64,000 bases of DNA. It comes from Isurus oxyrinchus. Lineage: Eukaryota. The DNA lies in assembly GCA_026770705.1 (NCBI GenBank), contig JANJGN010000033.1, positions 14,756,001 to 14,820,000 of the forward strand. The letters run 5' to 3'. Below the pieces are notes generated by a model. It ran no database searches, had not been told where the DNA came from, and saw only the letters and a list, made by a program, of their open reading frames with translations. Positions 23,701-37,400 of this stretch are shown here, one piece after another (position 1 is the first letter of the stretch; each line of letters starts with the position of its first letter). A program made the translations under genes and the position numbers.

Positions 23701-25859
23701 TTAGAAACAGTGCCACCATCGTGAAACAGAAATGCGGGACCAACACCATTTAAATTCTATTTAAACGTATAGGTATCTATTCTATTTCTCAGCTTTATTA
23801 ATACAAATGAGCAATTAATTGAATGCTGCTGAAACTGAAGCACACAACATGTGATGAAATATTGCTTGATCTGGAAATTGCCTTTGCATCAATTGTATTG
23901 GTGCAAGTAAGACAGAAAGTTAGTGCCATGGTTTGTGCCCTACCAACGTGATTTCAAACAAAATGCTTAATTTGCAAAATAGTGACCATTGACCACATGC
24001 TAATCATTTTCTAATTCACCAGTTCAATGAGCTGAACACAGTTAATTATACCCTAAAACAAATTTCTGAATTCAAGTTTCCTTCCACACCTATTTCACTT
24101 CCAGCCACAAACACTCCATGCAAATATATAGCAGAGATTGGGAGAAGAGCCATTAGGTTGGAGTAACACTCCGATGATTTGCATACGGGCTGAAATTCAT
24201 TGGGAAGTCCACTTACTTCTGTCAAGATTTCCTCATATAATCTACCCTAAATGTCTCACAGTTGTAGATCCCCACTTTAACACAGACCTCACTTGCATCT
24301 GAAGTGTAGTTACCACATATCTGAACTTTCCTGATTCCAATGTCTATAACTCTGGATGCCTCTCTACAGGAACTTTCTTTCATCTCATTGTCGCTAGGCC
24401 TGAAGTCAAACACACTGTTAATAGTGTCCTCTACTTATCCAGTGCTTTTAGACCATTTTAGCTTGCGCGAAAATATCAAATTGATTCTACTGAAAGAGAT
24501 ATTGCCGACCGCCAGTTCGTTCTAAGCTAACCCACTTGGAAAATAAACATTCGCGGCAATAAACATTTTGTTTACATTTGTTCTTCTCTTGCTTATCTCC
24601 CAGTTAAGATGGTCACATGATCAGCTCCTGGAACTGGTTGCTTTTTACAAGAAACCCTCTTCCAGAAAAGGGTACGTCTCAAATGGGCCACCACTCCAAC
24701 CCAAAATACATAACACTTTTCTTCCAAAGTCGCACGTGATGATCACAAATGGCAGACTGGTCAACGATTAACACCTGAACTAAAAGTCAATTGGTTGAAG
24801 CACATCCCTTATTAAATCGTTTTAATTGGGGAGAAAAAAGTAGAGAGAAAGATAATATAAAGGAAGGAATTTCAGAGTTGATGACTAGGACAATGGAAGG
24901 CACAGCAACAAATGGTTGCAAGAAAGTTTTGCTGCCCAAACCCTAATTGGAAGCAGTTGACATAGAACCACTTTGTGGATGAACCAATATTAACTTTCAG
25001 TCTGGCAATGCATTGGATAAAAAAATGAACCCTCATTTTCAAATCTCGCCATAACCTGCCACTTCCTATCTTTCTAATTGGCTCCAGCTTGAAATTCCAT
25101 AAAACGTTCTTCTCCACTTGCAGCCTTTTCGGAATCATCGATTTCTGATCACTCTGCTATTGGTTAGGCCCAAGCTTAGGCCCTCAGCACTGGGATTAGT
25201 TGCCTAAATACCTTTAGAGTTCTTATTGTGTTGAACGAGCGCAAATATATTTTGTTGCTCAAAGAAACCGATTTAACAAACTATACTTGTTCCAGATGAT
25301 AACCAGCTGCGTCCAAAGTCAGCTATTCATAAACAATGAATTCCCATCTTGCCAGCTGTGCTCACATCCAGAGAACCTTTGAAAGAATCAACTGCTGTGT
25401 CCTCACTGAGAAGGGCACATTCGTTTACTCCTGCAGACATATAATTTAGTTGATAATTCCATTAAATCAATTCACATGTGATGGGCCATATCAACAGGTC
25501 TCATGCTAACTTTATGCAACAGAAACAGTCAACAGGTCAGTCACATAAATGGGAAGATAGTTCACGTTTAGTTATTTCTGCTCTTCTGAAATGATCATCC
25601 AATCGTCGATGAACGGTAATCATTTCTCCATTCACCACAACATCTTGCAAAGTTTCCAGAATTTATTTGGGATTTCCATAATTTTACTTTTAGTTAACAA
25701 GTGGGGATGATTATGCTGCAATGTGTCGGAGAGAAAATGAGGATGAGATGCAAAATGACCAGTGAGACAGTGGAAGGGATTAGATGTGAATTGCAAGGTA
25801 TACACTACATGGGAAAAATAGAGATTTGTAAATGCCGTAAGGTTGAAGTGGAAATGCAA

Positions 25860-26930
25860 CTTTCCAGAATTATATAGTGGATCTAAAAATCTTCCACACG
25901 TGCTTTGCAGGAGCAAACGTTGACACCAAAATTCGTAATGAGATATTAAGGTTGGTGACAAAGGGCTTGGTTAAATACTGGGGCTAAAGGTAATTGGAAG
26001 GGACATACTGACCTTTGGAGTTGTGAAGCCGAAAGCAAGGCGACATTGGAGGGTAGAATATTAGGGATGCATAAGAAGCCAAACAGAAATTGAGAAATAC
26101 ATGGACCTTGAGAGTCTGGAGAAATTTAAACAAAATTACAGAGATGGTACGAGACAAGGGAATGGAGTGCGTTGAGAACAAGGGTAAGAAATTTAATACC
26201 TGCTACATCAATTTCAGCAGCATGACAGAGTAGGGGCAATGAGTGCCGAGGACATGCTATCAGTTATGATGTGGGCATGAGAGGTCTGGGCAATTTCAGG
26301 TTTTGTAAGGTTGGTGAAGGCAAGTCTTGGGCCTGGAAATGATTACAGAGGTAGGGAGGGAGGGACCTTAAAATCAATGCTTATAATTTTAAAGTCCAGA
26401 TGGTGCTTGACCCCCAGCCAAATAAATTCAGCGAGCACATGGGTTGCCGATGAATGGGACCTGGTGCAATTTGATACCCGGCCAGCAGAGGTTTGGATGG
26501 CCTCAATGTTATGGAGGATAGGATGTGGGATACAAGACAGGAGTGCATTGTAATAGCTAAGCCTTGAGGTAACGAAGGTAGGGATGAGGGACCCTGCAAC
26601 AGATGCCCTGAGAAGGTGTCGAAGTTTGGAAAAGTTATGGAGGTGATAATAGACGGTCTTAATGCTGGTTTGGTTATGAGTTCAGAAGTATCAAATGTGT
26701 CATGCAGGATTGTGAACAGACTGCCTTAATCTCCGACGGCTGTCAGGGAGGGGGATCAAAACAATAGCCAGAGAATGGAGTTTGAATTGGGTCCAAATAC
26801 GGCGGTGACTTTAGTTTTCCCAGTATTTAACTTAAGGAACCCATTACTCTTCCATTACTGGATGTCGGTAGAAATCCGACAATTTACAACAGTGGAGGAT
26901 TTGGGAGAGATGACGGTGAGGCAGAGATGG
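25860..26930 (-). mobile_element. L2-clade LINE 3' fragment (paralog of 1-840)
   Basis: Colinear with window positions 1-840 and extends further toward the element's 3' end. Confidence 0.7.
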
Positions 26931-29394
26931 GTGCAGTCAGTGAACATGTGAATACTAGTTCTCTGCTTTCAGATGATGTTTCTGAGTATGTAATACGGTT
27001 TGTAGCTGTTAACCGGAGATCAGCAACCTACGTTTATGGGTTTACGATGGTTTGCTGTAATCACTTGCCCACATATCTCTCTTTATCCTGGTTTATAGAG
27101 AGCAATGATCTATATAGCTGGGTTTATTGCTGGAATTCTTTCTTTCAAACACGCTCAATCCATCACAAAACAAAATAACGCGTGTCTGCGGATATCATTC
27201 TCCCTTTGGTTGGAACCCATGGCTCTCAAATCCAAGATTTCATGGGTCAGTACCTCAAATTCATTGATATACTCTGTGGTCATCCTTTGAATATATTAGG
27301 AAATTGTGGTAATTTCATTCAACATGATCAGTTTGATGATTATTGAAATCAGTGACTCTTATTTTGTCCATTCTTACAGAGCATGGTCCAATCACGTGGT
27401 CATATTTTTATTTTCAACACGGGCGGGGAGCATGGATTTGTTGGTCATTCCGGCAAATAACTACCAGTCTCTGTTACTTCCACCTTACAATCTTAATTCA
27501 CCCTTATAATCTGCTATGTCCTTACATCCTTCCTTGCAGTCACCCACACAGCGTTCTCCATGCAATTAAGATGATAGGAAATACATTTGTATATATCATC
27601 ACGCAACAATTGCAATCACAAAATTTGTTGTCAGTACTGCATAGTGTTGCAATATTGACTGGAATCAGCAACTGGAAAGCATGATTCCTCCTTTCAATCT
27701 ATTTGATTAAAAACGGAGCCCAGACAAAAAGATTTGACTTTTTTTTAAACTGCGTATGTTATTAGAAACAGATTATGTGAGTGTACAAAGGCATAGAATT
27801 AGCCCTGGTCCTGGGGGCTTGATCGGAATGGTTATTGAATTGTTTTGAAAATCTTGAACAGAATCTTTTGACTTCAGGTGTTTGTAGAGTGGTTGTAATT
27901 AAACCCATTCGACATGGGACCAGATTTTCTGAGCTAACGGATTCTCTCTCTTTTAAGTACGGGAAATCCTCTCAACGTGTCAATCGGGAAATTGCTCTCA
28001 GCATCAGGACTGACCATTTAATCATCTTACTTTACAGAAATGAAAAATGGCTCTCGAATTTCTGACTAAGCACAAAGTTTTATGGGCGCTATATTATGTT
28101 CAAAAAGATATACTTCCCAGTTGTGGCTGCTTTCAGTGTGCCAGGTAAGCAGCTGCTTGCAGCAGGAAGATCAATAAGCGGAAATCACCAGTGTGGGGCA
28201 TCTTAGCCGTGGGTTCATCTTGTTCTTTCATTTCTGTTTTTACTTCACACCATTTTATTGGAAGCAGTTTTTTTTAAACAAAGGAGACTGCAAGGGAACG
28301 AGACGTTATTGGCTGCAAATTATTTCTAGAATTCCTGAAATCATGAAAAGCCTTTTCCTTAGTCATCTTTATTTCTTTCTTTCTTTCTTTCTATCTTTCT
28401 TTCTTTCTTCCTTCCTTTCATCCTTTCATCCTTCCTGTGTTCGACAGCGATTTATGATTCACTGATGTGAACTCCAATGTTTTGCTTCCAGTTCAGTGTT
28501 TACTCTGCCATAATTAGTCATCATTTCTTGCATTTAAGGCAATTCTCTAAGAGAGTATTGCTCTTTCAGAGTGCAGCCCAAGTAATATCACACTGTTATT
28601 CTCATAATAAAATAATACTCACTTTGATGTTGATACAGAGCTAGAGAGTCGAGTAAGAAATTGATTGATGTTCTCAAACTCTCTTCAAGTTTTTATGATG
28701 TAGTTAGTGTTTTAGTTGTATGAAACAAGACCAGTAAATGAATTATAACTGCATGCAATAGTTTGGCTGTCTCAGATCCCACCTTATAATGCCCCACGTT
28801 AGTATTACTGTTTCAGAATGGATTAATGAGATAACTAATTGTTTTACGTTACGGCTTTAATTTCGAGTAATGAAATTTAATTAACAACTTAATCTCGTGC
28901 GTCATTTGCACAGATCTTTGTATTCCTGATTAGGATATACAACAATTGTATTGCTGTGTGAGTGAACTCACTCGACAATGGATTGTGTCTTAATCTGCAT
29001 ATGCAGTATAAGCCAACTGGAGTCCGACCATTTATAGAAACAGCTTGGGTGACGACATTGAACTAGAATTTAGAAAAGTTCCAACATTTCTAGATTGTCC
29101 ATTATATTTTCTGTCATATTATCCCGCCCTTATGTTTAATATCCATTTTTATACGTGTTACCTTTAATGCAAATTAAGAAGTACCTGCAAGATTAAAAAC
29201 ATTTTATGTTAATTCAGTACTTTCGTAGATTTGTGAACCCTGATTATCCACTTGCCACGCAAGGAGGGCAGCGAATCTATATCTTGGTTCAGTCAAAGAT
29301 TCGTCTTTGTGATTTCACGAGCAGGGAGAGTGACTGTGCCTCACTTCACATATCGAAAGGAGCAGTGATTCATGGTTCAATTGAAATGCAATCT

Positions 29395-29580
29395 CTTCTG
29401 GAAACTGGGAATCAGAAATAAAAGCAGGAAGTGTTGGAAATCGGCAGTACGCTCAGTCAGCAAATGTGCAAGTTGAAGCAGGGCTTCGTTTGCAGCATGA
29501 TGAAGATACGTTCAATTTTACCTCTACACAGTTGCTGAATTGTCGTGGAGCTCCAGCATTTTCTGCTTTTATTTCACTGT
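29395..29580. repeat. Inverted-repeat element of the Penelope-relic family
   Basis: GAAATAAAAGCAGGAAGTGTTGGA ... TCCAGCATTTTCTGCTTTTATTTC form inverted arms. Confidence 0.6.
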
Positions 29581-29869
29581 TTAATGTTTTTGCAATAGGA
29601 GCAGAAAAGTATAAAGATGTCTTTACAATTACCAGGTGGACGATTTGGTTAGGCCCATTTCATTGTTAGGGAGCGCTCAGTGAATTGTACAATTGACCAC
29701 TGTCAACCTGCCAACATAGAAAGCTCGCTCACCATTCAATGCAGAGGACACCATCCAGTCATGCATTTCCCCAAACCCATAGCTAACTTGCATACAGTAC
29801 AATTATAATTTGCAAACGTCCCAATTTTCTCCTCTTCACTGTCTCATTTTCATAATCTGTGAATTGTTA

Positions 29870-32800
29870 CACAGCAAAAGAAGACCATTTAGCCCATCCT
29901 GTCTGCACCAGCTCTCCAAATGAACATTTCCCCTCATGCCATTCTGCGGCCTTCTCCCCATCACCCTGCAGACTATTTCCATTATAAATAATCATCTAAT
30001 TCTCTCTTTTCTTCCTCGAATGAACCGACCTCTGAGGCAGTGCATTCCAGGCCCGAACCAGCTGATGTGTGAGAAAAATATTTTCTTATGTCGGTTTTGC
30101 TTCTTCTTCCATTTAATAAAAAAAAACGATGCCATCGCCTTTTCGATTCTTTCACGAGTGGCAAGATTTTCAACCTGTCTACTCTGCCCATGCCTTTCAT
30201 GATTTTGAATACTTCTATCAAATGTCTTCTTAGGCTTCTATTTTATAAAGAAAACTGTTTAAATCTATCTTAGTAATTGAAGTTTCTAATCCCTGGAATC
30301 GTTCTCAAAATTCTCTTCTTCCCTCTCACCACTGTCGTCAAATCCTTGCTAAAATGTGGTACCCAGAACTGTAAACATTACTCCAGTGGAAGTGTAACCA
30401 GTGTTGTTTATAACCTCAACATAACCACGTTAGTCTAGTACTCCCAACTATCCTTCCAACTATCTTGCCAGTCCAACACAATGTCCTCCTCACAGTTCAC
30501 AATGCTTCCAAGTTTTGTATCATCCACGAATTTTGAAATTGTTCCCCGTACACCAAGGGCTAGATGATGAATATATATCAGGAGAATCTGGGGCAACAAT
30601 GCCGATCCCTGGGGAGCTCCACCTTCTTCCAACGAGAGAAACAACGAATAACGATTACACTCTATTTCCTGTCACTTAGCCAATATTGTATCAACGTTGC
30701 TATTTCCCTTTTATTCCATGACAATAACTTTTCTCAGAAGTCTGTTGTGCAGCACTGTATCGAATGCCTTTTGGAAGTCCATGTACACCACATCAAAAGC
30801 ATTGCACTCATCAACCCTTTCTGTTATTTCTTGGAAAAATCCCAACAAGTTAGTAAAAGGGAGAGGTGGTGTCCCAGGGGCCAGGGGTAACGTTCTAGGG
30901 ACCAGGTTCGAATCCCACCATGGCAGATGGTGAAATGTGAATTCCATTAAAAATTTGGATTTAGAAGTCTGATGATGACCATTGCCGATTATTGTAAAAA
31001 TTCATCTAGTTCACACATGTCCTTTAAGGAAGGAAATCTGCCTTCCTTATTTGGTCTGGCCTACATGTGACTTCAGACCCATAGCAATGCGGTTAACTCC
31101 TCAATGGCCTTTGCACAAGGGCAGTTAGGAATGAGCAATAAACCCTGGCCTAGCTAGTGACACCCACATCCCATGAACGAAAAATAACCAACGGTTTTGC
31201 CTGAAGAAATCCAAGCTTGCTGTCATTAATTAACCTGCATTTGTCCATGTGACTGTTAATTCACTCCGAATTATAGTGTTGTGAACTTTCCCCACCACTT
31301 AATTGTGAATGACTGTTCTGCAGTTGCTCGGCTTTTCCTTACACTTTTTGTTGAAGAAAAGTGTAATGTTTCAATTCTCCAGTCCACCAGGACCATCCAG
31401 AATCTAAGGAAGGCTGAAAAGATATGGCCAGTGCCTCTGCAATGTCCTCGCTCACTTTCCTGAGTGTCTCTGGATGCACATCATCTGGCCTCGCTGCCTT
31501 GTCAACATTTGTACGGGTAGCTTCTCCACAGGCTCTGCTTTATCAATGTTAAAGTGACTGAAGTTTCTCATCTTTCAGCATGGCCTGGAAGCATCTTCAT
31601 ATATAAAGGCAGAAGCAACTTTTCCATTTAATGCTTGAGCCTTGCCTCCTGCCTCGGTTTGTAAGTCCCATTTGTGGTCCCGAATCGACCCTACTCTCAC
31701 TTGTAGCAAATTTTTACCATTTATATACCCATAGCAGACATTGGCATTCACGTTTACATTAGTTGAAAGTCTCCTTCCATACTCCCTCTTTGTTTCTCTC
31801 ATTTGTTTTTCCACCCCCCTTCTGGAGATTCTTTAATCAGCCATGACCTGAGTTGTAGTTTCGACCGGATGCCTGTTAAAAGCACATTTTTCTTCCTTAC
31901 CTTATTGTCTACCTTCTTTGTCATTCAGGGTGCTCTGTGTTTGTTTCCCCTACCTTTCTATTTTGAGGGAATGTATGTTGTGCCCAAACGCATCATTTCT
32001 TTAAATATAACCCATTGTTCATCTATCGTTTTTCCTGCCAACCTTTGGCTCCAATTCTTACCCATTTGAAATTGACTTCCCGAAGTAAATTATTCCCCTC
32101 CTGGATTGTTCGTTGCCTCGTTCCATAATCATCCCACATCTTATTATACAATGATCATTGTCCCTTAAACCTTCTCCTACTGACATTTGATCTACTTGGC
32201 CCAACCTCATTCCCCCAAAAACCGAACGTTGCAGTGCCCAAGTTGTCATCGGGCTGGACGCTTGATGCTGTACCAAGTTCTCCTGAACACACCCAAGGGA
32301 CTCATGCCTCTCTCTTTCCTTTACACTACTACTATCCCAGTCTATACTCAGACAATCAAAGTTCCCCATTATAACAAGGCTATAATTTCTGCATCTCTCT
32401 TTATTTTCACTGTATAGTTGTTCCTCTACATCCTCCTTACTATCTGGGGGCCAAAAGATTGCGCCAATCAATGTAATTACATATTTCCATTCTTTACCTC
32501 GAGCCAAACCGATTATCTCCTTTATCCATCTGGGATACCTTTTTTTCTGCAGCACTGCAAGGCTCTTCTCAGTGAATTTCGCCACCACGACCCATTTTAT
32601 TCTTCCCTATCTTTCCTGAACATCTAGTGTCCACGACTACTTAACGTCCTGCCCAGGCCTTCATTAAGCCAACTCTTTGTTTCTGCTACAACATCGAATT
32701 TGCACATGGCAGTCTGAGCTTGGAACTCTCCAATCTTATTTAACACATTACGTGTGTTCACATACATGCATGGTAGTCCTGATTAGACTCGATTACCTTC

Positions 32801-32900
32801 TCCCCAACTATTAACTTATTATTCTCTATTCTCGTGGCATCTGTCTTTCCCAGTATTTTGTGCACTTTCGTTTTCCTATCTGATATGTTCTCTTGATTCC
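29870..32900 (-). mobile_element. CR1 LINE, most of ORF2 (endonuclease, RT, 3' end), in the intron of C
   Basis: IMGNFDCLSIDW, DVVYMDFQKAFDTVLHNRL, GAPQGSALLP...KFVDDTKLG and IEVFKIMKG occur in the expected order. Confidence 0.9.
30855..31187 (+). mobile_element. tRNA-derived SINE inserted into the CR1 RT
   Basis: B box GGTTCGAATCCC, conserved core, and tail CAATAAA...CCCACATCCCATGAA. It interrupts the RT just before TNLLGFFQEIT. Confidence 0.85.
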
Positions 32901-34479
32901 AAAACACTGCCGGTTTAGATTGCAGTCTCCCCCATCGGTGAGCTTCAATGAGGCTGCCACTTCCTCCTCTGTTACTTTTGGGTTGTTGTCACCTCAGATT
33001 TTGCATTGAAACTTATTTCATTTAATATAATAAGGAGACACAAATTTATACGGACAAGCACCATCCCATTTGAACTATATCATGGTTAATCTCTATCTTA
33101 ACAACATGCTCCCAATTTGTTTCCACATAGTGTATTAGCCTTGACTAAAGAAAAAAGGATAAGTTTTAATTCTGAATTTGGCAACTGATCCAACGTTAAG
33201 AGTCTTTTTCAGGAGATTGTCAAATACCTACAATTGAGAAGATACCATTCCCGACATCACTAATAAATGCCTTAGTTTTTATTTTAACGTTCATACAATA
33301 ATCAAAATAATTGGAACAGTACTAGGCTATTTGGCCATCAAGCCTGTTTCTTGATGCAATAAAATTATGGCTGATTTGATTGTGGCCTTGACTTCTCGTT
33401 CCTGACCGTCATCCATTATCCTTACATGCCTTGTGGATCAACATTCCACGCCAATTTGATCTAGATGCTGCATCAGAGAGAACTAACTACCTCTACCTAT
33501 CCTGTAATCATCTTAATCAGCTCAGTTTGATGCACATTCAATCCCACAGTTAAGGGAATTCAAGTTCATTTTGTGCAGTCTTATCCAGTTTTTCCATATA
33601 TTTGTTTGTTTATTGCTGATGGATGTGGTTATGACCCATATCTGTACAACTGCCTGTCACTATAAAATACTAAGTTTCTATCGCTGGATGAAAAACTGAT
33701 CCACATATTTCAGGATATGGTGCAGAATTATAAAGCCATCTCCATATTTCACTGTAATACAGAAAGCTTCTATTATTGCCATATCTGAGATGAATAATTT
33801 CTCTACCTTTTTTTCTCACAGTTAGGTGGTAAATGCTGAGCTCTTCAAACACCAGAGGGAATTTTGAAACAACTGCCACAACTATTTTACAATTTGTATT
33901 TATTTTGAGATGTGTCTCTTGAATTCAGTAGTCATAAAGCCAAAGTATCTTATACGCTTCTTGAAAAGCTAAATTAAACATTCATAAATACAAAAAATGA
34001 TTGTAAGCGCATACATAGGTTCACATTTTACTACAATAACTCCTGGCTCCCCTAGTTAATGAAACTTCCAGTTAGATCACCATTAAGGCATCAATAAAAA
34101 CAAAATAGATTTTAACAGACCCAGGCAAAGCACAGAATACCATGGACAGGGATAATCACAGTGAATTATCTTAGCTTCGGTTCCTATGGGAGACACTTGG
34201 TACATAGAGGCTGGAGGCTTTTCTCACTTGGCGTCTCCATTGAAATGACAGAACAGGCAATCTAACAGGATAGTGAACATTCTTTAAAGATAACATGCAA
34301 TGTAACAAAAAAAAAACGCAGTTTTGCTTGGGATTCAGTGATGAGATCTCATTATTTTTAACTGGTAAAATGCCTCTAGGATATTGGCATTTCATCATGT
34401 CAATCCATGACTAATCTTCAAGCAATGATAAAATCATTAAAGACCTGGGAATATCAGGAATGGGTGAGTCTTAGAGCAA

Positions 34480-37400
34480 TGAGAACATTTTTCTGTATCA
34501 TCTCTGTTCAGACCCCTAATGATTTTGAATACATCTATACAAATCTCCTCTCAACCTTCTCTCCTCCAAAAATACGCTCGGAAGTTCTCCACTCAATCTA
34601 CATATTGAAATTCCTCATTCCTCCAGCCATTCCCATGAATCTTTTCTGTGCTCTGCCCAACACATTTCTCCCAACGTGTCCAGCGCATTGGACTTGATAC
34701 TCCAATGGAGACTGAACCAGATTTTTATGCAAGCTCAAAATATCTCCCTATTTTAAAATATCCTATTCCCCCATTAATAAAACTTGCATGTTGTCTGCTG
34801 TATTTATGGCTTTATTAGCCTTTCCTGCCACCTTAGGTCAGTCATGTACATAATGTTCCAGACCTAATTTCTGCTGATCTTTTAGAATGGCGCCCTTTAT
34901 TTTATATTGGTTCTCTGTGGTATTCGAAATAAAGTGAATCAATTCACACTTCTCCGCATTAGATTTTATTTGCCATGTGTCCGCCTACTCCACCATGCCT
35001 ATGTACGTTTGAATTTATAAACTATTCTCCTCGCAGTTCACAATGTTTCCCAATTTCGAATCAACTGCAAATTTTGAAATGTTCCATGTACACAAGTGTC
35101 TACATCATTAACATAAATTGGGAACAACAAGAATCCCAAAACTAATCACTGGGGAGCTCGGTTACAATCCTCCTCTAGTCGAAAAAGAGAAATATTAATT
35201 GATTACTACATTCTCTTTCCTGTAACTCAGCCAATTTCGTAACCATGTTGTTACTGTACGTTTTATTCCATGAGCTATAACTCTGGCCAAAACTCTTTTT
35301 CCAACACTTTCTCAAATGGCTTTTCGATGTCCATGTGCACTACATCAAAACCATCACTGTCATCAGCCTGATGTATTACCTCATAAAAAATCTCCAACAA
35401 TTTAGTTAATTGCGAGTTCCCTTAACAAATCCGGGCTTTTATTCTTTACTTAGCCTGCATTTGTCCAAGTGGCACTTATGTTTGCCCGAATTATCGTTTC
35501 TAGGATCTTCCCCACCTCTGAAGTTAAACTGACTGGTCTATAGTATCTGGGCTTAACTTTATACTCAGTCTTAACTAGGGTGTAGCAATTGCAATTCTGC
35601 AGTCCCTGCTAACAGCGCCTGAATCTAAGGAAGACTAAATTTAATCCACTTTTAATGCAATTTCCATTCATACTTCCTTCATTATCCTTGGATACATCCA
35701 TTTTGTTGCTGGCGCCTCATCAACTCAGTGCAGACAACCTATTCAACTTATTAATTGTAACTCTCTCAAATGTCTCAAAATCCTCTCCCTTCGCCATGAA
35801 GTATGCAGCAAGATCTTACTAGGTAAAGACATATGCATATTACTTATTTAATACATCAGCCATGCCCGATGTTTCGAGGTGAAAATGCCCTCTTTGGTCC
35901 ATTATCGGCCTGATTTTACCAGCTTTATACTGTTTATAATTCCGAGGACGTTTGGATTTCCCTTTTGCATTATCCTCTGGTCTATTTTCATACTCCCTCT
36001 TCCATTCTCTTAACAGTTTTAAAACTCCCCCTGAGCCTTCTACATTTCAGCCTGGTTCTTGGTTGCATAATCCATAGTTAGTACACTTTTCCTTCTTTAT
36101 CTTAATCCCAACCACTTTTATCATACAAGCAGCTCTGGATTTGTCTTCCCCACCTTTCCACTTTGTGAGATTGTATCTTTCCTTTTCCCAACATGTCCCT
36201 TCTTTAAAGGTAGCCCATTGCTTTCCACCATTTGATTCGAATTGATCTGAGCCTGTTCCATTCTCACCCCATTTAACGTTGGCTTTTCCCCAATCAACTA
36301 TCCTTACTCTGGGTTGTTCCTTCATCTTTTCCATAAGCAACCTAAACCTTGTGATATAGTGACCACTATCCCCAAAATGTTCTCCTAATGGCTCACTTGA
36401 TCCTCTTGGCCCACCTACTTACCAAGAGCCCGGTTCAACAATGTCTCATATCTCGTTTCAGTGAAACATTTTGCAGTGGAAAATTTTCCCGAAGACATTC
36501 TTAGAACTCTAACCACTCTCTTCCCTTTATACTACTATTGCAGACTATATTCGGAAAATTAAGCTCTCCCATTCTAACTTCTGTACAATTCCTGCTGCTC
36601 AAATGTGTTCCTCTGCATAAATCACATCAGTTGAAGTCATAGAGACTCCACCAAGCAATGTATTTACTCCCTTTCTGATCTCTAGCTCTAACCAAATGGT
36701 TTGTGCCCTTTGCCCCTCTGGGACATTTTCACTCGGCAGTACTGCAATGTTATCCTTAATTCATGCTGCCACCTTCCCCCTTTTCCTTCCTTTCCTAACT
36801 TTCCAGGTCAATGTGCATCCAGGAATATTTAATACGTGGACCAGTTCTTCCTTGATTCAGGTCTCCCCCACAATCACAACAGTTAATTTCCACATGGTAA
36901 ATTGTGCCTGCACCTCACCAATATGTTGCTTTGTCTGGCACTTTGAACATACCTGATAACCTGCTTAGTCCTTTTCTATGTAGAGTGATAGAAATAGAGC
37001 CATAGAGGTCAATAGCAAAGATTAAAAAGCTTCAGACCTTTGAGTCTATGCCGGTAAAACAAGTACCTAACCATTATAATCCCATTTTCCAGCACTAGGC
37101 CTTAGCCTTGTATGCCGTGGCATCGCAAGCGCACATACAAATGCTTCTCAAATACTATGAGGGTTTATGCATCTAACACCCTTTCAGGCAGTGAGTTCCA
37201 GATTCCCACCATCCTCTGGGTGGAAGATTTCTTCCTCACATCCCTCTAAAACTCTTGCTCCTTACCTTAAATATATGCCTCCTGGCTGCTAATCGCTACA
37301 AAAGGAGAAACGTTCCTACCTGTCTACCCTATCTATGTCCCTCATAATGTTATACACATCAATAATGTCCCCCCTCTATCTGCTCTGCTCCAGAGAAAAT

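Larger units (their letters stand above)
26111..33830 (+). repeat. Segmental duplication copy of 1-4970 (upstream region, exon 1 and intron of A/C)
   Basis: Colinear similarity with an offset of about 26.1 kb (e.g. 1685-1711 = 27794-27820; ATG 1938 versus 28047). An extra ~2.8 kb is present only in this copy. Confidence 0.92.
28047..33830 (+). pseudogene. Gene C: truncated GPR139-like pseudogene (exon 1 28047-28144, intron and acceptor; exon 2 absent)
   Basis: Exon 1 is paralogous to A exon 1 but 98 nt instead of 97 (CAAAAAG at 28101 versus CAAAAG), a frameshift. The donor GTAAGC is kept. The intron is homologous to the A intron up to TTTTCTCACAG (33821), and similarity stops about 10 nt later. 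Confidence 0.85.

Noticed and set aside
28040-28070. Upstream ATG that might rescue the exon 1 frameshift of gene C
   Set aside because: That frame stops at TAA after nine codons, and exon 2 is missing anyway.
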